This document shows positions 9,656 to 20,200 of a DNA stretch of 64,000 nucleotides, in pieces (position 1 is the stretch's first letter; every line of letters starts with the position of its first letter). The notes under the pieces are model-generated. The model did no database searches and was not told the DNA's origin. It saw only the letters and a list, made by a program, of their open reading frames with translations. The stretch is taken from contig OY760937.1 in the NCBI GenBank assembly GCA_963664225.1, positions 3,104,001-3,168,000 on the forward strand, given 5' to 3'. The position numbers and the translations under genes were made by a program. This DNA is from Verrucomicrobiia bacterium (lineage in GTDB: Bacteria > Verrucomicrobiota > Verrucomicrobiia > Limisphaerales > UBA1319).

Positions 9656-11197
9656 TCAAAACGGTTTGCGACGCTCAATTTTGAAGACGTACGCGTAATC
9701 GCAGGGTTTCGTCTTTGGGGTTTCAATGCTCAGACTATCCTTTGTCATTTCCCATTTCAGGGGTTTGCCGTTGCCGAGCATGGTGATGGACACAATTTCT
9801 GAAGGATACAGTCCCGCCCATGTGTCGCCTCTCGGAGCGAGGCTTTTAATGAGCACCTTGTCACCAGGCCAATCGAGTGCCGTCGCGTAAAGATTGTGGT
9901 CCTTCACCGTGAAACGGATATCCTGTCCCGTGTAACGCAGGTCGTTCTTCTCGTTGAATCCACCGCCGCGCTCCAGATGGGTCGGCCCCTCTCCGGCCAG
10001 AACCCAGCAGGTGGTGCCATAGATGGCCTCGCCGTTGACATGGAGCCATTTCCCCAAATCCAACAACCGGTCTTTAGCTTCCTGCGGAATTGTGCCATCG
10101 GGTTTCGGGCCGACATTGAGCAGCAGATAACCGTTTTTGCTGACACGGTCCACGAGGTTATCGACAAGATTGTCGGTGGTCTTGAACCCCAGTCCCTTAA
10201 CATATCCCCATCCCTGGCCATCATCGATCGAAGTGTCGGTGATCCACTCGTAATAGGTCAAGTCGGCTTCCTGGCCCAGTTCGAGGTCGAGCAGGCCCGC
10301 GCCGGGGGGCAAGTGATGGCCTTTGTATGTGACCACCACTTCCTTTTTTCGCGCGGCGGCCTTGTTGTAATAGTGGGCCAGCATTTCCTGTTTGTAGATA
10401 TCGGGGATTAATTCTAGCCCAAAGTCGAACCAGACCATGTCAGGATCGTAATTGTCGATGACCTCAACGATCTTGCCCTTCCACTGGTCAAGAAACGCTT
10501 TTGTGGGCAGGGCGCCCTTTTCATGGATGGGACCGTAGAGGCCGGAATAGCGTGGGTCACCACAGTCGTAGCGCTTGTCCCAGGTTGGGAAATAGAACCA
10601 GTTCTCGGCATGATGGAATGCGGTGACGAATTTCATGTCGTGCCTCTTGATTGCCTTGGAGAGTTCACCCACGACATCCCGCTTGGGACCCATTTTGGCC
10701 GCGTTCCAGTCCGAATACTTCGTGTCCCACATCGAGAAACCGTCGTGATGCTCCGCGACGGGTCCGGCAAATCGCGCGCCCGATTTTTGGAACAAGTCGG
10801 CCCATTCCTCGGCGTTGAACTTTTCGCCGGTGAACATAGGAATGAAGTCCTTGTAGCCGAATTTCTCAAGCGGACCGTAGGTGGCCTCCTGGTATTTGCG
10901 TTCGGGCCCATTGGCATTCCAATAAACGTGGTTGGCATACCAGGTGCAGTTCGGTCCCTGGGCTGGAACGGAATAGACACCCCAATGCGTGTAGATGCCA
11001 AACTTGTCATCCCGCAGCCATTGCGGCGTGCGGATATTCTTTAGGGAATTCCAGGTGGGTTGATAGGGCTTCTCCGGCGCCGGGGCGCCTCGAAGATCGG
11101 TCTGGAGGCCGTCACCCGCTAACACTGCGAAAGCCGCTAGTAAAAACGCACGATGCAGGCTCTTCTTAAGGCACGACGGTATCATTTGGTACTCCAT
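9656..11197 (-). CDS. Alpha-L-fucosidase (GH29)
   Basis: KFGIYTHWGVYSVP, AEHHDGFSMW, nucleophile VWFDFG, VSKNGYLLLNVGP, WLHVNGEAIYGT. Confidence 0.93.
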   Translation of the reverse strand: MEYQMIPSCLKKSLHRAFLLAAFAVLAGDGLQTDLRGAPAPEKPYQPTWNSLKNIRTPQWLRDDKFGIYTHWGVYSVPAQGPNCTWYANHVYWNANGPERKYQEATYGPLEKFGYKDFIPMFTGEKFNAEEWADLFQKSGARFAGPVAEHHDGFSMWDTKYSDWNAAKMGPKRDVVGELSKAIKRHDMKFVTAFHHAENWFYFPTWDKRYDCGDPRYSGLYGPIHEKGALPTKAFLDQWKGKIVEVIDNYDPDMVWFDFGLELIPDIYKQEMLAHYYNKAAARKKEVVVTYKGHHLPPGAGLLDLELGQEADLTYYEWITDTSIDDGQGWGYVKGLGFKTTDNLVDNLVDRVSKNGYLLLNVGPKPDGTIPQEAKDRLLDLGKWLHVNGEAIYGTTCWVLAGEGPTHLERGGGFNEKNDLRYTGQDIRFTVKDHNLYATALDWPGDKVLIKSLAPRGDTWAGLYPSEIVSITMLGNGKPLKWEMTKDSLSIETPKTKPCDYAYVFKIERRKPF

Positions 11198-11392
11198 TAT
11201 TTCGGTCCGCGTTTACGGTCTGGAATGGATCCCATGCAAATAGCGGGGTTTGTGTGCAGTGTCACGATTAAATGCTTCTATTTCGAATTGCCCCGACTCC
11301 TCATTCCGCCACTGGCCGAATTAGATGTTTCGTGGCTTTGCGATTGACGCCGCTGAGGCACTTTATTAGGAAATGCAAATCAGGGTTGAGAA

Positions 11393-12595
11393 ATGCAAAC
11401 GCCAACAATGAATTCTCCCACAACCGACGGGGCTTCAATTCAAACCGCTTCTATGTCCGGACATTCATCTGCGGGACGTCTCGACTACATCGACAACCTG
11501 CGTTCGAGCATGATTTTTCTGGTGGTGGCGTTTCATACGACCATCACTTACAGCCACATTGGAAGTTGGTATTACCAGGAGCCGAATCGCGTGGACGGCG
11601 TTTCCGCCATTGCTTTCTTCACGTTTGAGGGACATTGCCAGGCGTTCTTCATGGGGCTGCTCTTCCTCCTCGCCGGCTATTTCGTTCCCGGCGCGTTTGA
11701 CCGCAAGGGTCTCCGGCGTTTCCTGATCGACCGCTTCGTGCGGCTCGGCCTGCCGTCGCTTGTTTATATTTTCGCGGTCCAACCGTTCCTGCAAAATCGC
11801 CTGCTGCACATCGGGGGGGACAACTTTCTGGATTATTATCGCGGCTATATCACGTCGGGCAATTTCCTCACCAGCAGCGGGCCGATGTGGTTCGCCTTGG
11901 CCTTGCTCGGCTTTTCAATGGTCTATGCACTGATCCGGGTCGTGATGCCAGATCGCGCAAGCACGTCCCGGCGGGCCGTTCCCGGCGTGGCGGCGCTGCT
12001 CGCTACCGGTGTGGCGATGGGTGTTGTTTCATTTCTGGTCCGGCTGGTGCAACCCATCGGCACCAATATCCTGAATATGCAGCTCTGTTTCTTCACGCAA
12101 TACATCGTGCTGTTCGCCGTGGGCATCATCGCGTTCCGCAACGATTGGTTTATGAGCCTGCCCAGGAGCCTCGGTTACCGCATGCTGGCCGGGGTGGCGA
12201 TAATCAGCCCGCCCGCGTTGGTGGCGCTGATCGTGTGGGGCGGATTTCCCGAACGCAGCCTGGCGCCCTACGTCGGCGGCTGGCAATGGCCGAGCGCGGC
12301 CTATGCGGTGTGGGAACAATTGGCCTGCGTGGCGCTGTGTGCCGGGCTGCTGGTGCTGTTCCGCGAGCGGTTCAACCACAGCAACCGGATTTCAAGGGTG
12401 CTGGCGGAGAATTCCTTCGGCATGTATTTCCTGCATGCGCCGGTGGTGGTCGCAGTGACATTGATGTTCGGCTGGCTGGCGCTGCCGCCCATCGCCAAGG
12501 CTGCGGTAATGGCCCCCATTACCTGCCTGGCCGTCCTGCTATTCGTGCATTTCGTGGCCCGCCGCATTCCTCTATTCAAGCGCATTCTGCGGTGA
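11393..12595 (+). CDS. Acyltransferase-3 family membrane O-acyltransferase (OpgC/MdoC-like)
   Basis: RLDYIDNLR, FFMGLLFLLAGYF, DRFVRLGLP, GPMWF, SFGMYFLH; about 10 TM helices. Confidence 0.88.
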   Translation: MQTPTMNSPTTDGASIQTASMSGHSSAGRLDYIDNLRSSMIFLVVAFHTTITYSHIGSWYYQEPNRVDGVSAIAFFTFEGHCQAFFMGLLFLLAGYFVPGAFDRKGLRRFLIDRFVRLGLPSLVYIFAVQPFLQNRLLHIGGDNFLDYYRGYITSGNFLTSSGPMWFALALLGFSMVYALIRVVMPDRASTSRRAVPGVAALLATGVAMGVVSFLVRLVQPIGTNILNMQLCFFTQYIVLFAVGIIAFRNDWFMSLPRSLGYRMLAGVAIISPPALVALIVWGGFPERSLAPYVGGWQWPSAAYAVWEQLACVALCAGLLVLFRERFNHSNRISRVLAENSFGMYFLHAPVVVAVTLMFGWLALPPIAKAAVMAPITCLAVLLFVHFVARRIPLFKRILR

Positions 12596-12654
12596 ATCGC
12601 GGTTGGGGTCGGGATGCGCCTTTGCGCGCACCCCATAACGAGATCCTCACTCTA

Positions 12655-15303
12655 TTATTTATTGGCCGCAGTGGTCTTTACGAGCAACTCCATCGTTTCG
12701 GCAATATCGTGCCGCAAAGCCAGGAGCTTCGTCGGATCCTGCAGGTAACCCTCGAAATAGTGTTCATCCCCGGCGGCCGTATAGTTGCCGCCGGCGATTT
12801 CGGCCCGCTGGAGCAGCCGTTCGGCCTGGACGATCAGGGCTGGCTGCGCCGCCGTTTTAGAGGCGGCCTTTAACCTGGCCAATTGATCACGCAGCATCCA
12901 TAGGTACTCGTGGTCCTCCAATCCTTCGCGCATGAGTTCGAATCGGATCGTGCTCAGCGGGGCTCCGTATTTTCCATTCATGCTTGGGAACCACCAGTTA
13001 TTGCCATAATTCCGTTGGCTTCCGTACCAACGCATGTCCGGCGTTACCGTCATCGCCCAGTCGCCGATCCAGAAGAAATCGTACTTCCAGTAGCTCCAGA
13101 ATTGCACGCGTGGAGCGATGGCCGGATCGCGGAGATTGAAGTAGCTGTGCATATAGTAATCTCCATAGCGCTTCCCCATCTTCCGCAGTTTCGCCAGCGT
13201 CGCCACTGGCGCCCGCGCCGTCCACAAGTCGAAAAGATTCAGAATCTCCGGATCGTCCGGCACGTCCCGGCCATTGACCACAAGCACGACGCGCGGATCG
13301 GCCTGTTTGATCAATCGCGCCAATTCGAGGGTCTTCTTCACCACCGCGTGGCCGGACGAAAAGCTGGGAATCTCGTCCGCCAGGAAGATCACCGGCCCAT
13401 TCCCGTTCTCGTCGATGCTGATGCCCCTGGCGCGGCAATGCTCGGCGATGGTCCTGATGTAGCGGAGCAGCTTCTCTTTGAACTCCGGGGTGAAGTCATC
13501 CTTCAAATCGTAAAGTGACGGGGCATACCTGGTCGCGTCCTTCTTGGGCAGGACCGGATCCCAATAGCGCATGTACCAATACTCCTTCTCTTCCTTGCCG
13601 CCGAATGTGAATTGATTGATGAAGTCGAGATAAGGCACGAGTGTCGGTTCATAGGCAAACCTCGGCCAGTGCAGCTCCTTGTAGCAATACTCGCGCGCCT
13701 GGTCGAACGCAGTAAAATCAATTTTGTCGAAATCCCAATGCCCGTCCGCGTTCTGCTTCCAGGGCACGCGCATCGCCCCGGCGTAATTGGGGCGCGGGCC
13801 GAATTGGGTTTCGTAAAGCCGGTGATCCGCAAAAAATCTCATCCGCGTGCGGTACTGCGCGACTTCTTCGTCGTCCCCGGTGGTCGTTCGGACCTTCGCC
13901 TTCGCCTCGGCCTCGTTATTTAGATCGATCTCGCTGTCGTAATAATAAACAGAGTCCGTGGCGAAGGCGCAAATGTGCGGTGTCGGGGCCAGCGCAAAGT
14001 CCCAAACCTTCAGCCTCAGTTTGACCTCGGCGAGTTTCTCCCCCTTGGCGGTCAGAACGAACGTGCCGCGATACGTTCCCGGCGCAGTCCCCGGCGGAAC
14101 TTTGGCCGTCACCCAGAAGACGGTGTTCTGCCCCTTCGGGCACGCGACACTTTCCTTTTGCAGCAGCAGGTCCGGGATCTCCTCATCGTAACTGGAATGC
14201 AGGCTACCAATCGGGTTGTAATTCAGATTCTCCACCGCAAGGGTCCCGCCTTTTTCATTGGTAAGCGGCGCCATGATCAGTTTCACATCCGCCAGATCCT
14301 TCTGCGAGGTGACCACGAGTTGGAATGGTTCGTACTCGCCCTGGGCGGCTTCGAGGACGACTTCTTCGCTCTCGGTCGTCGTGGCCGGAAGGGCTTCTTC
14401 AGGGAAAACCTTGCGCGTGGCATGGTCCGCCCAAAGAACCCAGGAGTCCGTCTTTTTCAGGACTTTCGCGGAGGACGCATTTGAGAAGTCCGGTTTGTCG
14501 CCGGGCTTCAGGTTGAGAGCGGCAGTGAACGCTTTCTCATAATTGCCCTGGAAGGGAGTCACCACAAAGGTGCATTTCTCCTTCATACCGACCTCAAACC
14601 TGGACGTGGTGCGCTCGCTGATGGCGCTCACGCACTCCTCTTTGACATGGGTGAAAACGAGTCCTTCCCCCGTCTCGCTGCTGAAGAAACACTCGGTCCA
14701 TGGAAACGGCGGGCCGGTGTGCAACCGGGGAGATTTCACGTCATCCAGCCGGATGCGCCCTGCCTTTGCCCCGTTCCTGCCGATCAACTCAGGATACGTT
14801 GCGGATTTATTCAACCTGGGTGTCAACGGCGCGTAGGGCAGGTTAAACCCGAACGTATCCGCCTGCTTGCATTCCAGCTCGTAGACGAATTTCACGGAGG
14901 CTCCCGTGACCGGAACCGTCACCCGTTGCGTCAGGTGGAAGTGTGGCGTATCGCCAGTGAACTCGACCGTCACCGCGCCATTGTTTTTCTCGATCCGGTG
15001 GCTGCCATTGGAAATCTGTCCGCCTGGATAGCCCGCATTCACTGAACGGAGCGCGCCATTCTCAACGTATTGGTAGTACAAACAGAAATTATTAACGATC
15101 AGGTTCTGGCCGCTGCCCGGCTTATAAACCAGTTCGCTCGGCACAAAGTTGAGCGCACCGTCAAACACCAGTCGCACGCTCTCGTTCTCGACCACCAACC
15201 GCTGGCCTGACTCCGCGACAATCACCTCCGCCTGGTTCGTCAGAACACCGACCAGCGACAGGGCAAGCATTAATGAAATGATATGGACACGGTTGTTCTT
15301 CAT
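12655..15303 (-). CDS. Secreted glycoside-hydrolase-like protein (GH123/DUF4091-type)
   Basis: Signal peptide; AAQGEYEPFQLVV, FWVTAKVPPGTAPGTYRG and LKVWDFAL N-domain motifs; DE pair (LADEIP); C-terminal STIRFELMREGLEDHEYL. Confidence 0.75.
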   Translation of the reverse strand: MKNNRVHIISLMLALSLVGVLTNQAEVIVAESGQRLVVENESVRLVFDGALNFVPSELVYKPGSGQNLIVNNFCLYYQYVENGALRSVNAGYPGGQISNGSHRIEKNNGAVTVEFTGDTPHFHLTQRVTVPVTGASVKFVYELECKQADTFGFNLPYAPLTPRLNKSATYPELIGRNGAKAGRIRLDDVKSPRLHTGPPFPWTECFFSSETGEGLVFTHVKEECVSAISERTTSRFEVGMKEKCTFVVTPFQGNYEKAFTAALNLKPGDKPDFSNASSAKVLKKTDSWVLWADHATRKVFPEEALPATTTESEEVVLEAAQGEYEPFQLVVTSQKDLADVKLIMAPLTNEKGGTLAVENLNYNPIGSLHSSYDEEIPDLLLQKESVACPKGQNTVFWVTAKVPPGTAPGTYRGTFVLTAKGEKLAEVKLRLKVWDFALAPTPHICAFATDSVYYYDSEIDLNNEAEAKAKVRTTTGDDEEVAQYRTRMRFFADHRLYETQFGPRPNYAGAMRVPWKQNADGHWDFDKIDFTAFDQAREYCYKELHWPRFAYEPTLVPYLDFINQFTFGGKEEKEYWYMRYWDPVLPKKDATRYAPSLYDLKDDFTPEFKEKLLRYIRTIAEHCRARGISIDENGNGPVIFLADEIPSFSSGHAVVKKTLELARLIKQADPRVVLVVNGRDVPDDPEILNLFDLWTARAPVATLAKLRKMGKRYGDYYMHSYFNLRDPAIAPRVQFWSYWKYDFFWIGDWAMTVTPDMRWYGSQRNYGNNWWFPSMNGKYGAPLSTIRFELMREGLEDHEYLWMLRDQLARLKAASKTAAQPALIVQAERLLQRAEIAGGNYTAAGDEHYFEGYLQDPTKLLALRHDIAETMELLVKTTAANK

Positions 15304-15607
15304 AACGATGTGGGTTCCATGCTTCTACCCACCTCTGACGTCGAGGAACCACGATATATTCATCGCCATGCCGGGCGGCATCAAACGCACCAACAGCCCA
15401 CCCAGCATGCCGCCGGCGCAGCTCCCAATCCCACGCGCTCTCCAGCGCGCGAATGAGGTTGCGCGCACAAGCAAGCTCGAACCCGACTGGTCCGCACATT
15501 CACATGGAGCGGTGTGATGTTAAGGCTTAAATACATCCCAGGTCAATCGCTGAATTGAACCTGCTGCAGAGCAGGTGGATCAATTAACATCCCATGGAGT
15601 CGCGATT

Positions 15608-15697
15608 GCTGCCGCCCATCGTCTTCCTGTGCGTTCTGGCGTTCGTGCATTTCGTGGACCGCCACAATCCGCTATTGAATCGCATCCTGCGGTGAAT
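15608..15697 (+). repeat. Diverged direct repeat of the acyltransferase 3' end
   Basis: 15642-15697 matches 12542-12597 at 49/56 nt, including the TGA; gctgccgcccatcg occurs at both 12481 and 15608. Confidence 0.85.
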
Positions 15698-15706
15698 AGA
15701 GGCCAC

Positions 15707-15765
15707 ATTCATCGCAAAATATGCGGCGAATAATTGTTGTAATCGCCGCAGAATAAGCGGAGAAT
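15707..15765. promoter_or_regulatory. Two tandem 25-bp palindromic operator-like sites upstream of fic
   Basis: attcatcgca-aaata-tgcggcgaat (15707-15731) and aatcgccgca-gaata-agcggagaat (15741-15765). Confidence 0.6.
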
Positions 15766-15771
15766 AAAGCT

Positions 15772-16908
15772 GTGAGCTATATTCACGAGCGCGCAGACTG
15801 GCCGCATTTGACGTGGGACAATGCGAAGTTGTTGCCGTTGGTGGCGGAGGTCCGTCATCGGCAGGGGCGTTTGCTTGGACGGATGGAGGGGCTGGGCTTT
15901 CGACTGCGCGCCGAAGCCAGTCTGGCCACACTGACTTCGGACGTCATCAAATCGAGTGCGATTGAGGGCGCCATTCTGGATGCCGGTCAGGTGCTCTCAT
16001 CGATTGCGCGGCGGCTGGGTCTGGATTTTGGCGACAACGCGCAGCCCGGTCGGGATGTTGAAGGGGTGGTCGAAATGATGCTCGACGCGACCCAGAAATA
16101 TGCCGAACCGGTGACGGTGGAACGGCTGTTCAACTGGCACGCGTCGTTGTTTCCCACCGGAAGAAGCGGAATGCGGCGCATCGCGGTTGGAGCCTGGCGT
16201 CCGGCGGCAATCGGCGCAATGCAGGTTGTGTCAGGTCCGATGGGCCGTGAACGGGTTCATTTTGAAGCGCCATCGGCGGACCGGCTTCAGCGCGAGGTGT
16301 CGGCATTTCTCAAATGGTTTGAGAGGGCGACCGAAATCGACCTGGTGCTCAAGGCGGGTATTGCGCATTTTTGGTTCGTGACCATTCATCCGTTTGAAGA
16401 TGGCAATGGCCGCATCGGCCGCGCAATAGCCGACCTGATTCTTGCCCGGTCTGAGGGCGCCAGCGAGCGATTTTACAGCATGTCTGCGCAAATCGAAGCT
16501 GAAAAAAAGCAGTATTATTTGAAGCTGGAGCAAAGCCAAAGAGGAGGCACGGATATTACCTCGTGGCTGGAATGGTTTTTGGGCTGTCTTGGACGAGCCG
16601 TTGCGGGAGCTGAAGACGGACTGGCGGGTGTTCTGCGAAAGGCACGAATCTGGGCGCGAATCAATAACCAGGAGCCGGTAAATGAGAGGCAGCGCCGGGT
16701 GATCAACCGTCTGCTGGATGGTTTCGAAGGAAAACTATCCACGTCTAAATATGGCAAGCTCGCCAAATGCTCCGCAGATACAGCGTTGCGGGATATAAGG
16801 ATACTTCTCGACCGAGGGATCCTGATCCAGGAGGCAGGCGGAGGCCGTAACACGAGCTACCGGCTATCCGACCCGGAGCGTCCGTCTGAGCCGTCCAGCA
16901 AAGACTGA
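15772..16908 (+). CDS. fic: Fic family protein (DUF4172-type N-terminus, C-terminal winged HTH)
   Basis: Fic motif HPFEDGNGRIGR; SSAIEG inhibitory-helix motif; C-terminal KCSADTALRDI...GGRNTSY. Confidence 0.92.
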   Translation: MSYIHERADWPHLTWDNAKLLPLVAEVRHRQGRLLGRMEGLGFRLRAEASLATLTSDVIKSSAIEGAILDAGQVLSSIARRLGLDFGDNAQPGRDVEGVVEMMLDATQKYAEPVTVERLFNWHASLFPTGRSGMRRIAVGAWRPAAIGAMQVVSGPMGRERVHFEAPSADRLQREVSAFLKWFERATEIDLVLKAGIAHFWFVTIHPFEDGNGRIGRAIADLILARSEGASERFYSMSAQIEAEKKQYYLKLEQSQRGGTDITSWLEWFLGCLGRAVAGAEDGLAGVLRKARIWARINNQEPVNERQRRVINRLLDGFEGKLSTSKYGKLAKCSADTALRDIRILLDRGILIQEAGGGRNTSYRLSDPERPSEPSSKD

Positions 16909-17024
16909 TATCAGTCGCTGATGAGCGCGTAGACTTCTTTCGTCGCACCACTCACCTACCATCCCTTGCTCCAGCCCTGAACTGCGTCACTTTTATGGTG
17001 TCGGTAAAAGAACCGATTAGGAAG

Positions 17025-17179
17025 AACCGATAATTCACACTACTGGACGCTAATAAAGACAGTGAAATGGTGATGCCGAGATCATCCGGAGGCTGGTATG
17101 ACAAGCCAGAGCCTCCGTCAAAAATCTGAATCCCCTTCCGATCAGCCTTTATTGCGTTTATTTGCGTGAATTAGCGGTT
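17025..17179. repeat. MITE/REP-like element with imperfect ~32-bp terminal inverted repeats
   Basis: aaccgataattcacactactggacgctaataaa (17025-17057) versus the reverse complement of 17148-17179, aaccgctaattcacgcaaataaacgcaataaa. Confidence 0.6.
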
Positions 17180-17210
17180 TTAACTCTTTATGAGCTTTTC
17201 CCTCTCATTC

Positions 17211-20200
17211 TCACTTCCCCACCTCAAAGTGATACCGCCCGGAGCCTGCTTCGAAGACGGCCGCGCCGTTTTCCATGCGCAGGAATTTCAGTCCGCGAGC
17301 CTGTGTAGCCGGGTGACCGCCTTCGCTGACTGCGGTGACATTGGCGGCGGGAACGCACACGGTGGCGGTGGTGTTGGCGGGGATGCTCACGTTCCATGTG
17401 AAGACCCCCTTGTCCTTGCGCCACTCACTGCGGACAGGTCCGCGCTGGGTTTTCAGTGACGCCGCGATATGGTCCAGGCCTTCGACCGCCACGGGCCGCA
17501 TGAGGATGTGGGCATAGCCGGGCTGCTCGGAATCGGGAGCGATGCCCGCAATGTTTTCGTAGAGCCAGATGACGAGGTCGCCCACGAGCATGACATGGTT
17601 GCCGGAGTTCATGGCGGGATCAGCGGTGTTGCCGTTCCACAATTCCCAGATGGTCGTTGCACCGTGTTCGAGCATGTAGCCCCAGCTCGGGTATTCGGTT
17701 TTGGTGGCGATGCCCAGGGCGAGGTCCGCCCGTCCCTGTGCGGTGAGCGCGCGCATGAGCCACTGGCCGCCGATCAGGCCGGTGCCAATGTGACCGCCAG
17801 TCTCCTTCTCGATCTTGTTGGTCAGGTGTTCAAACACGGCCTGGCGTTCGTCATCGGGCACCATGCCAAAGGCCAGGGGCAGCACACTCGAGGTATGGGA
17901 ACCGTTGTCGTAGAGGTGACGGGCGCGGTCGAGGTATTTGGCGTTGAAGGCCTGCTTCATGCTTGCGGCGCGTTCCTCGTATTGACGGGCGTCCTCGGTC
18001 AGTCCCAGGAGCTTTGCGTAACGGGCCATCAGCCGGAGGTCATGATAGAAATAGGTCGTGCCGAGGACTTCGCCCGAGGTCTTGCGCTTGGGGTCCTGCG
18101 AGTGAATCAATTTCTGTTCCTCGGGCGGCACGCACCAATCCCCATAAGTATCGCGCGGCATGAGGTTGTTGGTGATGTATCCGCTCATGTGCGTGATCCA
18201 TTGTTTCATGGCCGGATAATGTGTCTGGATCAATCGCAGGTCTCCGTATTGGTCGTAGAGCGCATCGGGAATGATGACGGCGCTGCTGGGCCAGGTGACA
18301 TTGTCCGAGTAGATCGGCCAGTAAGAGGGCGCCACATCGGGTATGGAACCATTGGGTTGCTGGGCGTCGGCCATGTCGCGCAGCCACTTGCTGTAGAGCG
18401 CGGCGGTGTTGAACATATAGCCCTCGCCCCGGGACTCGGCGGAGCGGTCGCCCAGCCAGCCCTGGCGCTCATCGCGCTGCGGGCAATCCGTGGGAATGCT
18501 GCGGTAATTGCCACGCACGCCCCAGCGGACGTTCTTGTAAATGCGGTTGAGCAACTCATTGGAACTGGTGAACTGGCCAACCGAGTCAATGCGGTCATGC
18601 ACCACCTTGCCCTCGATACTCGAGAGTTTCGGTTTTCCGGGGAAGCCCTTGACTTCCACGAAACGAAATCCGTGATAGGTGAACCGCGGCTCATAAACTT
18701 CCGTGCCCTTACCTTTAAGCGTGTAGAGATCAGTCACCTTGGCCGCGCGAATATTATCCAGATAGAGCGTGCCATCGTCACGGAGGGTTTCCGCGTGCCG
18801 CAGCGAAACGGTGGTTCCCGCCGGGCCGCGTACGGTCAGGCGGCACCAGCCGACCATGTTCTGCCCCATGTCGAAAATGAAAACGCCGGGCTTGGGTTCG
18901 GTGATGGCCTTGGGCTTCAAGGTTTCCATCACACGGATGGGCTCGATGCTCTGGGACATCAATGCGCCCGCCGGACCTTCCACCTTCTGCGCCGCCTGCC
19001 AGGAGCCGTCATCGAATCCCGTCGTGGCCCAGCCGGGCAATTCACGCCGGGCATCGTATTCCTCGCCGTCGTATTCGTTATTGGCACGAATGGGGCCTTC
19101 GGTGGTCAATTTCCACGTTTCATCGCTCACCACTTCCTGCACCGTGCCATCGTTGTTTTCGATTCTCAGATGCAACAGAAGCTTGGGATACCCGTAGCTC
19201 CCGGTGGTCATGGGTTGGGTGAGGCGGGGGGAAAAGTAACGGCCGTTTCCCAGCATCACGCCAATGGCGTTCTTCCCGTTTTTCACAAACGAAGTGACAT
19301 CGTGGGTGACGTAAAAGGCGCGTTTGTTGTATTCGGTCAGGCCGGGGGACAGCACATCGTCGCTGATTTTTTTTCCGTTGATGTAAAGCTCGGAAAGCCC
19401 CAGGCCGCTCATGTAGGCGGTGGCGCGGCGAATTTTATTTTGCGTCTCGAACTCGTGGCGCAACAGCCGCGCGGGCAACCGCCGGGATTCGTCCACCCAG
19501 GCGATTTTATTCCATGGACCCATGCCGTTGGCACCCAAATCCATGGCACTTTGCCAGTCTTTATCGTTATCCGATGCCCGCCAGGAACCATCGGTGGTGA
19601 GAATCATCGGTTCGCCACTGGCAAATTCAATCCGCACCGCGCCCAGCAGTCCGGCGGGATTTGGGCTGGCGCCGACGTTTCCGGCGGTGACGGTCAGGAC
19701 GTTGGCCCCTGCGTGGAGTTGTTCCGTAATATCCATCCGGATCAACTGTTGGAAGGTGTTGCCTGTGCCTGTCTTAACGCCATTTGCGAAGAAGGTGAAA
19801 TCGTTGTCGGCAGTAAAGAAGGCCACGGCTTTCTTGATGGAACGGCCGACCGGAAACTGCAATTCACGCCGGAAAAAACGGGTTCCTACAGGAGCGCTGG
19901 CGGCGGGATTGCCCTCGGGGAACCAAATCCAGTGCGCGGCATCGATTCCGGTTTGGGGCGCACCGGTTTCAAGCCCTGAATCCAGGCCAATCCATTGCGC
20001 TTTCCAATCTGCGGCGTGGAGCAAACCCATGCTCCAATAGGCGGGCGCGCTCCAACCTGAGACCTGATCCTTAGCATCCCAGACACGGACTTTCCACCAG
20101 CAGGCCTGATGTGAATTCAGGGGAATTCCGGCATAAGTTATTTGCGCGCTTTGGTTTGTGGCGACGCGGCCGGAATCCCACAGGTCGCCTGCATTTCGCT

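Noticed and set aside
17469..19979. 836-aa + strand ORF, and similar long ORFs at 6460-7473, 20669-21658, 25730-27034, 36028-37713, 45526-46998 and 52501-53637
   Set aside because: These are antisense shadows of well-supported genes, expected from GC-rich codon bias, and show no recognisable motifs.
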